Shown here in pieces: positions 10,256-20,545 of a stretch of 64,000 nt of DNA. Origin of the DNA: Candidatus Latescibacterota bacterium (lineage in GTDB: Bacteria > Latescibacterota > UBA2968 > UBA8231); the NCBI GenBank assembly GCA_965248265.1, contig CBDFJF010000002.1:1120001-1184000 (forward strand), in the 5' to 3' direction. The notes beneath the pieces were generated by a model. That model did not search any database, was not told where the DNA came from, and worked only from the letters and a program-made list of their open reading frames with translations. The position numbers and the translations under genes were made by a program. The number at the start of each line of letters is the position of its first letter. The first letter of the stretch is position 1.

Positions 10256-11137
10256 ATGATCCAGAAACTACCATTCGGCAGGACCGGTCACGACAGCACA
10301 CGGACCCTCTTCGGTGGTGCCGCATTCAAACAAACCACCGAGCAGGATGTGGCGGACCGCACCCTGGAGGTGTTGCTGGAATACGGCGTCAATCACATCG
10401 ACACGGCCCGTGGTTACGGCCGCGGCAATTCGGAGACCCTGATCGGCCCCTGGATGGGCACCCACCGTGACCAATTCTTCCTCGCGACCAAGACCGGCCA
10501 ACGCACCAGAGAAGGTGCGGAGGAAGATCTCGCCATTTCCCTGGCGCAACTGCAGGTAGACCACGTCGATCTGATCCAGATGCACGCCCTTACCGATGAG
10601 GAAGAGTGGGAGACCGCGATGGGCTCCGGCGGCGCTCTGGAGGCGCTGGTAGCGGCACGCGATCGCGGCCAGGTGCGTTTCATCGGGGTGACGGGACATG
10701 GCCTGGTGGCACCCAGCATGCACTTGCGGAGTCTGGAACATTTTCCGTTCGACTCCGTGCTGTTTCCCTATAACTACGTGCTGGCACAGGACAGTGAGTA
10801 TGATGCGGATGTCCAGCGGTTGGTGGAGGTTTGCGCCCAACGCCAGGTGGCCGTGCAGATCATCAAGTCCATCGCCCGGCGTCCGTGGGGGGAGCGCGAG
10901 AGAACCCGGGGTCCATGGTACGAACCTCTGGAGGAGCCGGAGGATATCCAGAAGGCGGTAGACTTCGTGTTCAGCATGGGCGACGTGTTCATCAACATGG
11001 TGTCCGACGTGGATGTTCTCGAGCACGTGTTGAATGCGGCCAGTCAACCGGGCCCACGTCCGCCCGATGCTGACATGGCAGAGATGGCCCTGCGCATGGA
11101 GATGGCCTCTATTTTCCCAGAGCGCGAAACAGCATAG
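10256..11137 (+). CDS. Aldo/keto reductase
   Basis: Motifs GVNHIDTARGYG, FLATK, DLIQMH and VRFIGVTGH. Confidence 0.9.
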   Translation: MIQKLPFGRTGHDSTRTLFGGAAFKQTTEQDVADRTLEVLLEYGVNHIDTARGYGRGNSETLIGPWMGTHRDQFFLATKTGQRTREGAEEDLAISLAQLQVDHVDLIQMHALTDEEEWETAMGSGGALEALVAARDRGQVRFIGVTGHGLVAPSMHLRSLEHFPFDSVLFPYNYVLAQDSEYDADVQRLVEVCAQRQVAVQIIKSIARRPWGERERTRGPWYEPLEEPEDIQKAVDFVFSMGDVFINMVSDVDVLEHVLNAASQPGPRPPDADMAEMALRMEMASIFPERETA

Positions 11138-11153
11138 CACGGAAGGAGTGATC

Positions 11154-12422
11154 ATGAAACGCAGATTTCGGAATGGGTCACTCGCGAACGCAGTGACCGC
11201 GACGGTGCTGGTCTGGGGCTTCAGCGTCGACCTCACGAGCGCTGAGCCGGGCAGTGGATCGACGGCCGACTGGCCGCAGTGGCGTGGGCCGAACCGGGAT
11301 GGGCTGGCGCCAACTTCTCATATCGCCAAGGCATGGACGGAAGCTGGTCCAAAGCAAGTCTGGCGGAGGCCGCTTGGTGAGGGGTTCTCCGGCATATCAG
11401 TCTCCGGGTCGCGAGCCTATACCATGTACGCCACCCAGAACAACGAGTACGTCGTGTGCCTGAATACTACCGACGGCAGTGAGGTCTGGAGCCTGCGCAC
11501 CGGAGCCAAATTCATGGAGGGCCATGGCAACGGACCGCGCTGCACGCCGACCATCGACGGAGACCGAATCTACACGATGGGCGCCAGCGGTGAGCTACTG
11601 GCAGTGGAGGCGGAGACGGGACAGGTCATCTGGAAGCACAATCTGCGGAGGAAATTCAAAAGCCAGCGGCCTTCGTGGGGGTTTACGTCATCGCCTCTGA
11701 TCGAGGGCAACATGGTCCTGGTGGAGGGGGGAGGATCGGGAGAGCGATCCCTGATGGCTTTCGACAAGGAGTCAGGAGACGTCGTGTGGACGGCGGGTAG
11801 TGACCCAATCGGGTATTCCTCACCGATTCCCGTCGACGTTCACGGCGTGCGTCAGATTCTGTTTTTTACCGGATCCGCACTCGTTTCCGTGGCGCCATTG
11901 AACGGACAGATCTACTGGCGCTACGAATGGCCGAACGATCATCACATCAATCCGGCGTCGCCCGTATTCATCGGTCCTGACCGGGTGTTCGTCTCATCCG
12001 GCTACGACACAGGCGGGGCAGTCGTGGAGATAACGAAGACCGAGGCAGGCCCGGGCGTCAGCGAAGTCTGGTTCAGCAAGGGGATGCAGAATCACTTCAA
12101 TTCATCGATCCATCACGAGGGATTCCTCTACGGATTCGACGACTCGATTTTCAAGTGTATTGCTGCCGACACCGGCGAGGAACAATGGAAGACACGAGGC
12201 TACGGCAAGGGCAGTCTGATGTTCGCCGACGGACACCTGATCGTGCTCAGTGACGATGGCAAGCTGGCTCTTGTGGAAGCGAATCCAACGACCCACGTCG
12301 AAGTGGCGCGCGCACAGGTACTGAGCGGCAGGTGCTGGACATCACCCAGCCTGGCGCGTGGGCTGCTTTACCTGCGAAGCCTGGAAGAAATCGTCTGTCT
12401 CGACATGCGGGGACAAACGTAG
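11154..12422 (+). CDS. Secreted PQQ-like beta-propeller repeat protein
   Basis: Signal peptide, DWPQWRGPNRDG and repeated xxTG..W motifs. Confidence 0.85.
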   Translation: MKRRFRNGSLANAVTATVLVWGFSVDLTSAEPGSGSTADWPQWRGPNRDGLAPTSHIAKAWTEAGPKQVWRRPLGEGFSGISVSGSRAYTMYATQNNEYVVCLNTTDGSEVWSLRTGAKFMEGHGNGPRCTPTIDGDRIYTMGASGELLAVEAETGQVIWKHNLRRKFKSQRPSWGFTSSPLIEGNMVLVEGGGSGERSLMAFDKESGDVVWTAGSDPIGYSSPIPVDVHGVRQILFFTGSALVSVAPLNGQIYWRYEWPNDHHINPASPVFIGPDRVFVSSGYDTGGAVVEITKTEAGPGVSEVWFSKGMQNHFNSSIHHEGFLYGFDDSIFKCIAADTGEEQWKTRGYGKGSLMFADGHLIVLSDDGKLALVEANPTTHVEVARAQVLSGRCWTSPSLARGLLYLRSLEEIVCLDMRGQT

Positions 12423-12452
12423 TCGTCGTCGCCACGATCAAGGAGCAAGCGC

Positions 12453-14159
12453 ATGGCATCCAACATGTACAAGGTCCTCCCGTTGGCATCGATCCTGGTG
12501 TTCCTGGTCTGTGCCGCCCAGGTGCCGCAGGAGGCAGCGGCTCAGACGAAGAAACTGGTTCAGTTCACGACCCACAGCACGCACGATTGGAACCCGGATT
12601 GGTCTCCTGACGGTGAGTGGATCGCTTTTGAATCGTTCCGCACCGGCAATCGCGAAATCTATATCCAGCGTCTTGCCGGCGGTGAGGCAATCCAGATCAC
12701 CGACCATCCCGAGACGGACGCCGTGGCAAGATGGTCTCCGGACGGGAAGAAGCTGCTTTTCATCTCTACACGAAGCGGGTGCTTGAGACTCCACATCGTG
12801 GCGCCGTTTGAGGAAGGTATGCCGGTGTCGCTGCTGGGGACCGAGGCAGACTCCCTCGCATCCGACATCGTCAACTGGTCGCCCGATAGCAAAGAAGTCG
12901 TGTACTGCGCCGACACCGAGGGCAACCTGGGCATCTGGGCCATGCCGGTCGCAGGCGGCCCTCCTCGCAGAATCATTGACCGGCCCCAACCCGATTATCA
13001 CCCCGACTGGTCGCCCGATGGCCAGTGGATCGTCTTCGCCTCCGACACCACAGACGGCCCCGCCGATCTGTGGGTCGTTCCCGCAGCCGGTGGCGAGGCT
13101 CGTCAACTGACATTCGACCTGAACGGCAACACGGAGCCGGACTGGTCTCCGGACGGCAAGTGGATCGCCTTCTGGACGAACCGGGGTAATAACATAGCCA
13201 TCGCGGTAATCCCGGCGGCGGGAGGAGAGCCGATCGCAGTGGGGGTGCCCGGTAATCGTCCGCGGTGGTCTCCCGACAGCAGACGTATCTGTTACCAGGG
13301 CTTTACTGAGTCGGGTGACCTGTTGGTGGTCTCGGCAGATGGCGGCGATCCTGTACCCCTGGCCGCCAACGCCGAGATGGGAGAGAGTGGCGGCGCCACC
13401 TGGTCTCCCGACGGTTCGAACGTTGCCTACGTCAGTGCCGATGGCGGCAGGAGAGAGATCTGGATCGTGAAAGCGGATGGCAGTGGGGCGGTGGCGCTGA
13501 CCTCCGGCGCCTCGGCCGCCACGGGGGAGGCGACCGTGCGCTGGTCTCCGGATGGAGCGCACATCGCCTTCGTGTCGGATTCGGGAGGGCAAAAAAAGGT
13601 CTGGATCGTCCCGGCGGCCGGTGGCGAGCCCCGGTCGGTAAGCACAACTCCCGGGGAAGATCAGCACATGGCGTGGTCACCGGACAGCAAGCAACTGGCC
13701 ATCTCCAGCGGAACGTCGGCGGAGAGCGACCTGTGGGTCACGACCGTTGCGGGAGGGACAGCACAACGGTTGATCGCGAGTCCAGGCGCTGATACAGACC
13801 CCGACTGGTCGCCCGACGGCGAGAGGATCGCCTTTGCCTCAACCCGTTCTCATGGGGGCGAAGAAGGCCTGTGGAACCTATGGACCGTGGCGGCCTCGGG
13901 CGGGGAGCCGGTCTGGTTGGCTGAGGGCCGGTCTCCACACTGGTCGCCGGACGGCAGCCAGTTGCTGCACGTGTGGGACAACGACGTGTGGACGATACCG
14001 GTGGAAGGTGGCGAAGCGGAGACGCTGTTGGCCCTGAGTCAGGAATCCATGCGCCCCCGATGGGCCCCCGATGGGCAGTCGGTCCTCTACACGGGGGGGT
14101 TACACAGGCAGGGGGATGTGTGGATTGCCGATATCAGCGACGTCGTGGGCGGTGACTGA
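12453..14159 (+). CDS. TolB-like/PD40 (WD40-like) repeat beta-propeller protein
   Basis: About 12 WSPDG-type repeats and an N-terminal signal peptide. Confidence 0.9.
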   Translation: MASNMYKVLPLASILVFLVCAAQVPQEAAAQTKKLVQFTTHSTHDWNPDWSPDGEWIAFESFRTGNREIYIQRLAGGEAIQITDHPETDAVARWSPDGKKLLFISTRSGCLRLHIVAPFEEGMPVSLLGTEADSLASDIVNWSPDSKEVVYCADTEGNLGIWAMPVAGGPPRRIIDRPQPDYHPDWSPDGQWIVFASDTTDGPADLWVVPAAGGEARQLTFDLNGNTEPDWSPDGKWIAFWTNRGNNIAIAVIPAAGGEPIAVGVPGNRPRWSPDSRRICYQGFTESGDLLVVSADGGDPVPLAANAEMGESGGATWSPDGSNVAYVSADGGRREIWIVKADGSGAVALTSGASAATGEATVRWSPDGAHIAFVSDSGGQKKVWIVPAAGGEPRSVSTTPGEDQHMAWSPDSKQLAISSGTSAESDLWVTTVAGGTAQRLIASPGADTDPDWSPDGERIAFASTRSHGGEEGLWNLWTVAASGGEPVWLAEGRSPHWSPDGSQLLHVWDNDVWTIPVEGGEAETLLALSQESMRPRWAPDGQSVLYTGGLHRQGDVWIADISDVVGGD

Positions 14160-14269
14160 AGGGCCTCCCCCGTTACCTGCCGGGGTGGACGGTGCGCTCG
14201 CGACGGGGGTCGGCCGCCACCTCGGAGTAGAACAGGCGCTGGGCCGGCGTCATCCGCTCCAGCGCTTCC
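14108..14269. repeat. Left copy of the ~162-bp direct duplication bracketing the island (TolB-like 3' end plus phyH 3' end)
   Basis: Matches 38168-38328 with about 6 differences. Confidence 0.9.
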
Positions 14270-14483
14270 GCGCTTAGTGAGGATAAGATAGGTTATCGTT
14301 ACTAAGTCAGGCGGCGTTTTTTGCAATTTGCCGCATTTTGCCAGCATTGATGGCGGTTCTTTGTGGGGTGACGGTCGATCGACGAAAGCTGAGGCTTCGA
14401 ACAGTGTCCTCGGAGCCGCTCTGAGCGAAACGGGCGTTCTCAGCGACAGATCAGGGCACAGCGGTGACGTTGCTGTGACCGCG
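14270..14483 (+). repeat. ISCR/IS91 oriIS-side end, copy 1 (214 bp), followed by a transposase 3' fragment to ~14670
   Basis: GCGCTTAGTGAGGATAAG...GTTGCTGTGACCGCG, near-identical to the sequence downstream of the transposase at 36228-36441. Confidence 0.9.
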
Positions 14484-14491
14484 AATCGATT

Positions 14492-15424
14492 TCAGGCGGC
14501 GAAATCCAGTTCAGGTTGGGGGTGGGGGCGTGCGGGTGCGATCGGCGGTGCCCGTGATGGCAGGCCGACGCCTTCCAGGTAGCGCGCAATGGAGCGGGGC
14601 TCGGTAAGGGCCGCAACTCCCTTCATCGGGCCGCCGCAGGCGGGGCATATGGTTACGTCGAATCGAAAAAACAGATCGACATCGCAGACCAGAACCTCTT
14701 CCCGTCCCTCCCGATTCGCTCTCGCCAGGACCGAGCCGCTGGACGAGTAGACTACACTGCCACCACTGCACGCATGGTCCCAGGACATACCCGTGCGGTT
14801 GCAGGCCAGCATGGGGGCGCCGATCTCCTGCGTGAGCGCACCGAGTTCGTCGAAGTCGGGCATGTTGCGACGGTTGTTGGGATAGAACACGACCTGGGGC
14901 CCCAATGCCCTGGCTCGCTCGATGCAGCGAGGCGCTTCCCCGTCGGAGCAGACGAAGCAGGTGGCCTTGATCCCATCGAACTCGAACAGCTCCGGACCCG
15001 TACCCGGATCGTATAGCGCCCATTCGTTGCGATATCCCGTATCCGTCGGGTCGGACCAGATCCAGGTCTTGCGGTATCCGTGCACCAGGCCCTGGGGGCC
15101 GACGAACACCTGTGAGATGTAGAACCGCTCGTCGTCGATTTCGGACAGGCCGAAGCTGATGAAGCAGTCTTGCTCTCGCGCCAGGGCGATAATGGACGAG
15201 GTCGAACGCCCCCCCGGCACAGGTTCGGCGTACTCCTGCAGATGTTCCGTGTAGTCGCTTACCGTGCCTTCGTGAAAAATGATCCAGCGCGCGCCGCGAT
15301 CCCGCGCCTGGCGCACGAAGGCGTGCATCTTGTCAAGATTGCCATCGACATCTTCCGGCCGGGCGTCGAACTGTACCAGCGCTACGCGGATTCCAGGCAC
15401 TCGAATGGCTCCAATGACTTCCAA
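14492..15424 (-). CDS. Carbon-nitrogen hydrolase (nitrilase family) fused in frame to the IS91 transposase C-terminal ~58 aa
   Basis: Nitrilase-family catalytic motifs IIFHE, YRK and FVCSD. After ...VCDVDLF the sequence switches to FRFDVTICPACGG...ELDFAA. Confidence 0.85.
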   Translation of the reverse strand: MEVIGAIRVPGIRVALVQFDARPEDVDGNLDKMHAFVRQARDRGARWIIFHEGTVSDYTEHLQEYAEPVPGGRSTSSIIALAREQDCFISFGLSEIDDERFYISQVFVGPQGLVHGYRKTWIWSDPTDTGYRNEWALYDPGTGPELFEFDGIKATCFVCSDGEAPRCIERARALGPQVVFYPNNRRNMPDFDELGALTQEIGAPMLACNRTGMSWDHACSGGSVVYSSSGSVLARANREGREEVLVCDVDLFFRFDVTICPACGGPMKGVAALTEPRSIARYLEGVGLPSRAPPIAPARPHPQPELDFAA

Positions 15425-15465
15425 AACACCTGTTGATTGGCGCGGAAAACTTCAGCACGCGCGAC

Positions 15466-16194
15466 TCACCGCTTCTTGTGCCAGGCCTTCTCGAAGTGGT
15501 CGCGGGGGGCAAAGCCCAGGATTCGCTTGGCCTTCTCGTTGGAGAACTGACGGTGGGGCAGGTCGCCGAAGATGTTGAAGGCCTCGCAGCGGGAGGGCAA
15601 CGTCGCCAGATCGACCTCGAGGGCGAGCCGGAAGGCCTCGCCGACGTCCCGCCACGATGTGGTGAACGGGGTCAGATCCTCTCCCTCCCGCGCATCGTCG
15701 TCGTGGCGCAGGTGGAAGAAGAGCAGGGTCAGGACGTGGAGATCGAAATTCTCGGTGAAGACCCTGCAGATCTCCTGCCCAAGCCCCTTGGTGATCGGGT
15801 ACAGGCTGGTCGATGTCTGTGCCGGTACGTCGGGATGGATGTCGTAGTCGAAGTCGGTGTAGGGGAAGCCCTGGATGGTGAAATGGGGACCGCTGTTGAC
15901 GACCCGCCCGATGCCGTGTTCCAACGCCGCGCGCATCGCGTTGTAGCAGCCGCGCGTGCTCACGTCGAAGGCGAGTTTTCTATCCTCCCGCAGCACCGAC
16001 AGGTTGACGATCGCCTCCCTACCCTCGGCCGCCGCCACTACTTGATCGAGGTTCGCCACGTCCAGCTGCCGCGACTCGTGCTGCGTATCGATCGGCACGA
16101 CGTCGGTCACCAGCAGCTCGTGGTGCTCACCGAGCGCCTTGACCACCGACGGCCCCATGCGGCCACCGCCGCCGAGAATCAGGACCCGCATCAA
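15466..16194 (-). CDS. NAD-dependent epimerase/dehydratase (uronate dehydrogenase-like)
   Basis: GGGGRMG Rossmann motif and YPITK (YxxxK). Confidence 0.8.
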   Translation of the reverse strand: MMRVLILGGGGRMGPSVVKALGEHHELLVTDVVPIDTQHESRQLDVANLDQVVAAAEGREAIVNLSVLREDRKLAFDVSTRGCYNAMRAALEHGIGRVVNSGPHFTIQGFPYTDFDYDIHPDVPAQTSTSLYPITKGLGQEICRVFTENFDLHVLTLLFFHLRHDDDAREGEDLTPFTTSWRDVGEAFRLALEVDLATLPSRCEAFNIFGDLPHRQFSNEKAKRILGFAPRDHFEKAWHKKR

Positions 16195-16910
16195 CTGCCT
16201 CCTCCCGTGGCCGGCTGGAACACCGGCTCATAGCTCAGGTTGCTCCTGGCGCGGCCGATCAGGAATCGGGACCGGGCAAACTCCGACTGTATGTGATAGA
16301 TCGCCCAGGTGTCGGCCGGCGATTCGAGGGAGCCGACAAACGCCTGCACGGCATCCTCGATCTCGAGCCAGCTGGTATCCAGCGGCTGGCCAGCAGCCTC
16401 CGCGGCGGTCACCAGGGTCCCGAGCCTGAGCAAAGTCACATTGATCCGTCGTTCCCGGGCAAACTCGCGGACCGTGAACTCGCCGAGGTGTCTCGCCAGC
16501 ACGTCCGCGTCAGTCGTGGGCGCCGGCCGCCACGATTCGGTCACCGTCCAGTCTTCGTCGTGCCCCTCGAACAGGCGCAGGGTGCTGGTGTAGATCGCGT
16601 GCCCGATGCCGGCGTCAGAGGCGGCGTTGAAGAGGTTGTAGGTGCACCGCGTCTGGAAGTCGATCATCCGGCTCTCCGGCTGCAGCGACTCCGCAAGAAC
16701 GGACGACGGCGGTTCAGCTACGTGGATGACCGCATCCATGCCGGCGACCAGGGTATCGGTCTCTTCCTCGTGACCGAGCTTGCACCTGACGAAATCGAAG
16801 TCGGTCTCAACCGGCACCAGGTCGGTGAGGCGCAGCTGGTGGTGCTCGCTCAATGCCGCGGCCAGCCGTTGCGCCAGTTGCGAAGCGGCCGAGGTGATCA
16901 GGATCTTCAT
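16191..16910 (-). CDS. NAD-dependent epimerase/dehydratase-like protein (degenerate motifs)
   Basis: Extended SDR-like fold. Overlaps the next gene by 4 bp. Confidence 0.7.
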   Translation of the reverse strand: MKILITSAASQLAQRLAAALSEHHQLRLTDLVPVETDFDFVRCKLGHEEETDTLVAGMDAVIHVAEPPSSVLAESLQPESRMIDFQTRCTYNLFNAASDAGIGHAIYTSTLRLFEGHDEDWTVTESWRPAPTTDADVLARHLGEFTVREFARERRINVTLLRLGTLVTAAEAAGQPLDTSWLEIEDAVQAFVGSLESPADTWAIYHIQSEFARSRFLIGRARSNLSYEPVFQPATGGGS

Positions 16911-16944
16911 TCGCTGTTCCCCGTTATGGCGGGTACGTTGAGTT

Positions 16945-17521
16945 TCAGAACGACGCTTCTTTGGCCTTCACCAGCGCGGTAATCACCTCGTTGGTGGGCG
17001 CCGCCGTGCCGACTTCGCGGGCCACTACCGGGACCATGCCGTTGATGGCATCGATCTCGGTGCGCCGGCCCGCCAGGTAGTCGAGAAGCATGGAGGGCCG
17101 TGCATCGGGCATCTTCTCGGCAAAGGCCGTGATGTAGGCGGTGGCATCGTCGAACGAGAACCGCACGCCTTTTGCCACGCCGGCCTCGTAGGCCTCGAGA
17201 CCGCAGCTCAGCGCCACGCCCCAGGCGTTCTCGTCGGCCATCAATTCGCCAATGGTCTTCTCCAGCACCGTCGTAGGTCCGCTCAGGGCGACGTTGCAGA
17301 TGAACTTCTCCCAGACCAGTTGCTGGATGTCGTCGTAGGTTCCGATGTTGAATCCAGCCTCTTTCCAGACGTCGGCCACCTTCTCGAGACGCTCGCTGAT
17401 TTCACCGTTCATTTCGCCGAAGCGGATCAGCTGCATTCCGTTGTGATGGGCGTGACCGGGGCCCTTGATGGAGGCACCAAAGCCGCCGGCAACGCCGATC
17501 ATAATTCTCTCGGCCGGCAGG
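16945..17521 (-). pseudogene. Ketopantoate reductase (PanE/ApbA) C-terminal part, 5'-truncated by end copy 2
   Basis: Motifs WEKFICN, PSMLLD and RTEIDAING. The N-terminal Rossmann domain is missing. Confidence 0.85.
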
Positions 17522-17733
17522 GCGCTTAGTGAGGATAAGATAGGTTATCGTTACTAAGTCAGGCGGCGTTTTTTGCAATTTGCCGCATTTTGCCAGCATT
17601 GATGGCGGTTCTTTGTGGGGACGGTCGATCGACGAAAGCTGAGGCTTCGAACAGTGTCCTCGGAGCCGCTCTGAGCGAAACGGGCGTTTTCAGCGACAGA
17701 TCAGGGCACAGCGGTGACGTTGCTGTGACCGCG
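17522..17733 (+). repeat. oriIS-side end, copy 2 (212 bp, 2-bp deletion)
   Basis: Same sequence as copy 1. Diverges right after ...GACCGCG. Confidence 0.9.
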
Positions 17734-17891
17734 CGGCTTTTGAGGTTTTTCGCGGGCGTTGAGGGCGATATGTGTGTTGCCCATCATTCGGTGAACTACG
17801 GGCCAGCGGATGGGGTGCCCTGATCAGCCTCTGCGGGCGCAGCGGCAGCTGTCAGCTAGAGATGGGGACGCAGCGGTGTCTGGCGTCGGTC

Positions 17892-18712
17892 TCAGGCGGC
17901 AAAGTCGAGCTCGTCTTGGGGATGAGGCCGTTCCGGGGCGATGGGCGGCGAGCGCGATGGCAAGCCGACACCCGCCAGATAGCATTGGATAGAACGTGGA
18001 TCGGTGAGAGCAGCCACTATTTTCATGTGGCCACCGCAGGCGGGGCACACGGTAACGTCCACGCGAAAAACCCGTGCTAGCAAGGCGGCCCAGGCCAGTC
18101 GGTGCCGGCGTTGGGCGGGGGTGGGCTCCTCCGTATGCGCACAGGTCTCCGCTTCGGGGGCCTCTTCTTTGGGGCCCGGTACGATCTGTGCCCGATCGGC
18201 CGCATTGGGCGCCAACACGCCATGGTAGCGCACCAAGTTGAGGCGCCGTGGCGGCACCAGGGCGGCCAGTTTCTCTATCAATTCTTGCGGCGAGAGCTCA
18301 ATTCGATAGGTGCCGTCCGACCAGACCGTTTTCAGGTCGAAAGCCACTCTTTCGGTATCCAGGATCTGCAGGCGTCCCGCTGCAAGCGGCGGTCTATTGA
18401 CGTAGCGGCACAGTCTCTCCAGGCGGGTACGATCGGCGGCCGGCACGCGGGTGGCCGCATGCAGGGAGAAGCCGCGCGCGGCAAAGCACAACGGGCCGGT
18501 GCGGATGCCCTGCTGGGGATCGAGCAGGCGCCGGCGCACGGGCTGGCCAGCACGGTCGCCGGTGGCCACCCTGGACTGGATCGAGGCCGCAGTGATTGTT
18601 GCCAGCAGAGGCTCCTGCTCCATGAGCGGATCGGTACTGCCCTCTTCCAGCAGGCCGCGCCGTAGCAGCAGACGGACAACGCGTTGCGCCGTGGTCTCGA
18701 CGATCTGTTGCA
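17892..18712 (-). pseudogene. IS91-family transposase, second variant, C-terminal fragment
   Basis: QQIVETT...LERLCRYVNRPP...CPACGG...ELDFAA. Similar but not identical to 36469-37884; the HUH and Zn-binding N-terminal part is absent. Confidence 0.9.
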
Positions 18713-18799
18713 TTGACGTTCGACGGGCGAGACACTCAAGACGCGTTTGCCAGGGCCGATCACATGGTTGAGAATAGCCGTGGGGCAAAGGAGAATTCA

Positions 18800-20014
18800 A
18801 TGAAAATCAAATCCGTCGAAGTCGTCAGCATCGAACGCCCAGGCGCCTCAAACGCATCCACAGGGTCTGGAACGACATTGGCAGCCTCAACCGCGTTCGT
18901 CCCTGAAACAGAAGGCCGTCGAAAAGCCTGGCCCACGCAAATCGAAGTCGCCAACCCCATGTCAAAATTCCCACGCTTCAAAACACGCCGCCAACTCTAC
19001 AGCGCCAAGCAATGGCCGAGGTTCGGTGTCAAAGTCACCGCTGAAAACGGCACCTGGGGGTTGGGCACATCGGCCGGACGGCCAGCAGCCATGGTCGTCG
19101 AAGACGCATTTGCCCATATCCTTGAAGGTGAAGAATGCCTTGCGATTGAAAAGCTCTGGGACATGATGTTTCGTGTCTCCAAACCTTTCGGCACAGCTGG
19201 TATCGCCTCTCTCGCCATCAGCGCTGTAGATCTCGCCTTGTGGGATCTCGCTGGCAAACTGCAGAACAGACCTGTCTACGAACTCCTCGGCGGCCCCGTG
19301 CGTGACCGCCTGTTCACTTACGCCACTGGCGACGATGTCGATTGGTACAGGGAATTGGGATTTCGCGGTTTCAAACTCCCCTGCCAATACGGCCCCGTCG
19401 ATGGTTTGCAGGGATTGCAGGCAAACGAAAAGCGCATCGCAGAAGTCCGCCAGCTCATCGGCGACGACAGCGAGCTCATGCTCGACTGTTACATGGCCTT
19501 CGATGTCGAATACGCCACCCGCCTTGCCGAACGTCTGCGTGCCTATGGCCTGCGCTGGATGGAGGAATGCCTGATCCCCGAAGACGTTCTCGGCCACATC
19601 GACCTCAGAAAGCGACTGCCCTGGATGGCCTTGGCCAGTGGTGAGCATTTCTACACACCTTATCCCTATCAAATCATCATCGAAAACCGTGCCCTCGATG
19701 TCCTTCAACCCGACATTCAATGGGTCGGCGGCATGACCGCCTGTGTCAAAATCGCCAACATGGCCGCCTCTGCCGGTTTGGAAGTCTGCCTTCACGGAGG
19801 TGGTCGCGATGCCTACGGCCAACACTTCAGCTGGGCCATGCCCAACACCCCGTGGGCCGAATACTACATCGGCTCAGATCCCGGCATTCCCCTCGAAGCA
19901 GTCGCCCAACCCGGCTCTGTCATTCCACGCGACAGCTATCTCGAATTCACGCAAACAGGCCCCGGTTTCGACCTCGGTGTCGAAGAAGAATGGCTTGTAC
20001 CGTTTCAGCCATAG
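18800..20014 (+). CDS. L-rhamnonate dehydratase-like enolase-superfamily enzyme
   Basis: Motifs AISAVDLALWDL, LMLDCYM, WMEE, SGEH and QPDI. Confidence 0.85.
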   Translation: MKIKSVEVVSIERPGASNASTGSGTTLAASTAFVPETEGRRKAWPTQIEVANPMSKFPRFKTRRQLYSAKQWPRFGVKVTAENGTWGLGTSAGRPAAMVVEDAFAHILEGEECLAIEKLWDMMFRVSKPFGTAGIASLAISAVDLALWDLAGKLQNRPVYELLGGPVRDRLFTYATGDDVDWYRELGFRGFKLPCQYGPVDGLQGLQANEKRIAEVRQLIGDDSELMLDCYMAFDVEYATRLAERLRAYGLRWMEECLIPEDVLGHIDLRKRLPWMALASGEHFYTPYPYQIIIENRALDVLQPDIQWVGGMTACVKIANMAASAGLEVCLHGGGRDAYGQHFSWAMPNTPWAEYYIGSDPGIPLEAVAQPGSVIPRDSYLEFTQTGPGFDLGVEEEWLVPFQP

Positions 20015-20036
20015 TGATCATTTGCAAGGAGCTCAG

Positions 20037-20527
20037 ATGATAGTCGATTACCTCAGTAACGCACACAACTACTACGGCCTCGGGCCGCGGATAGAGGCTG
20101 CTCTGCGATATCTTCAGGATGACGATTTCGACGATTTGGAGGAGGGCAGCTTTGTGTTCGATCTGGAGCAGGAAGGGCTGCGGGCAGTCCGCAGCAACTT
20201 CGAGTCGCGGCCGATCGAGGACCCAAGTACGAGTTCCATCGGCGCTCCATCGACGTGCAGCATTTCATCGAGGGCGAGACGCTGTGCGGCTGGGCGCACA
20301 TCAGTCAGCTGAAGCTGGAGGAATACCATGCCGAAGAGGACTACCTGTTCGGCACGGGCGAAGGTGACCTGATCCGCGCCCGCCCCGGGACATTCTTCAT
20401 CTTCGCCCCTCAGGACGGCCACATGGCCAACCTGCAGCCGCCGCAAGCTCCAGGACCGATCAAGATGAAGAAGTGCACGGTGAAGGTGGACCTCGACGAC
20501 TCGAGTGCCTACTCCCGCGGTGCATGA
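20037..20527 (+). pseudogene. YhcH/YjgK/YiaL (DUF386) family, frameshift near 20223
   Basis: MIVDYL...AALRYL continues in a shifted frame as KYEFHRRSIDVQHFIEG...FFIFAPQDGH...KKCTVKV. Confidence 0.75.
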
Positions 20528-20545
20528 TTCGGGCGACCGGCCTCT

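Noticed and set aside
12453-14159. Recurring TGGTCNCCNGA(C/T)GG DNA motif
   Set aside because: Explained by the protein-level WSPDG (PD40) repeats.
14087-14582. Recurrent small ORFs MLAKCGKLQKTPPDLVTITYLILTKR... and MPHFASIDGGSLWGDG... at each repeat
   Set aside because: They are translations of the non-coding repeat. They vary in length, one is broken by the 2-bp deletion in copy 2, and where checked (copies 2-4) the outward one is not in frame with the truncated cargo gene.
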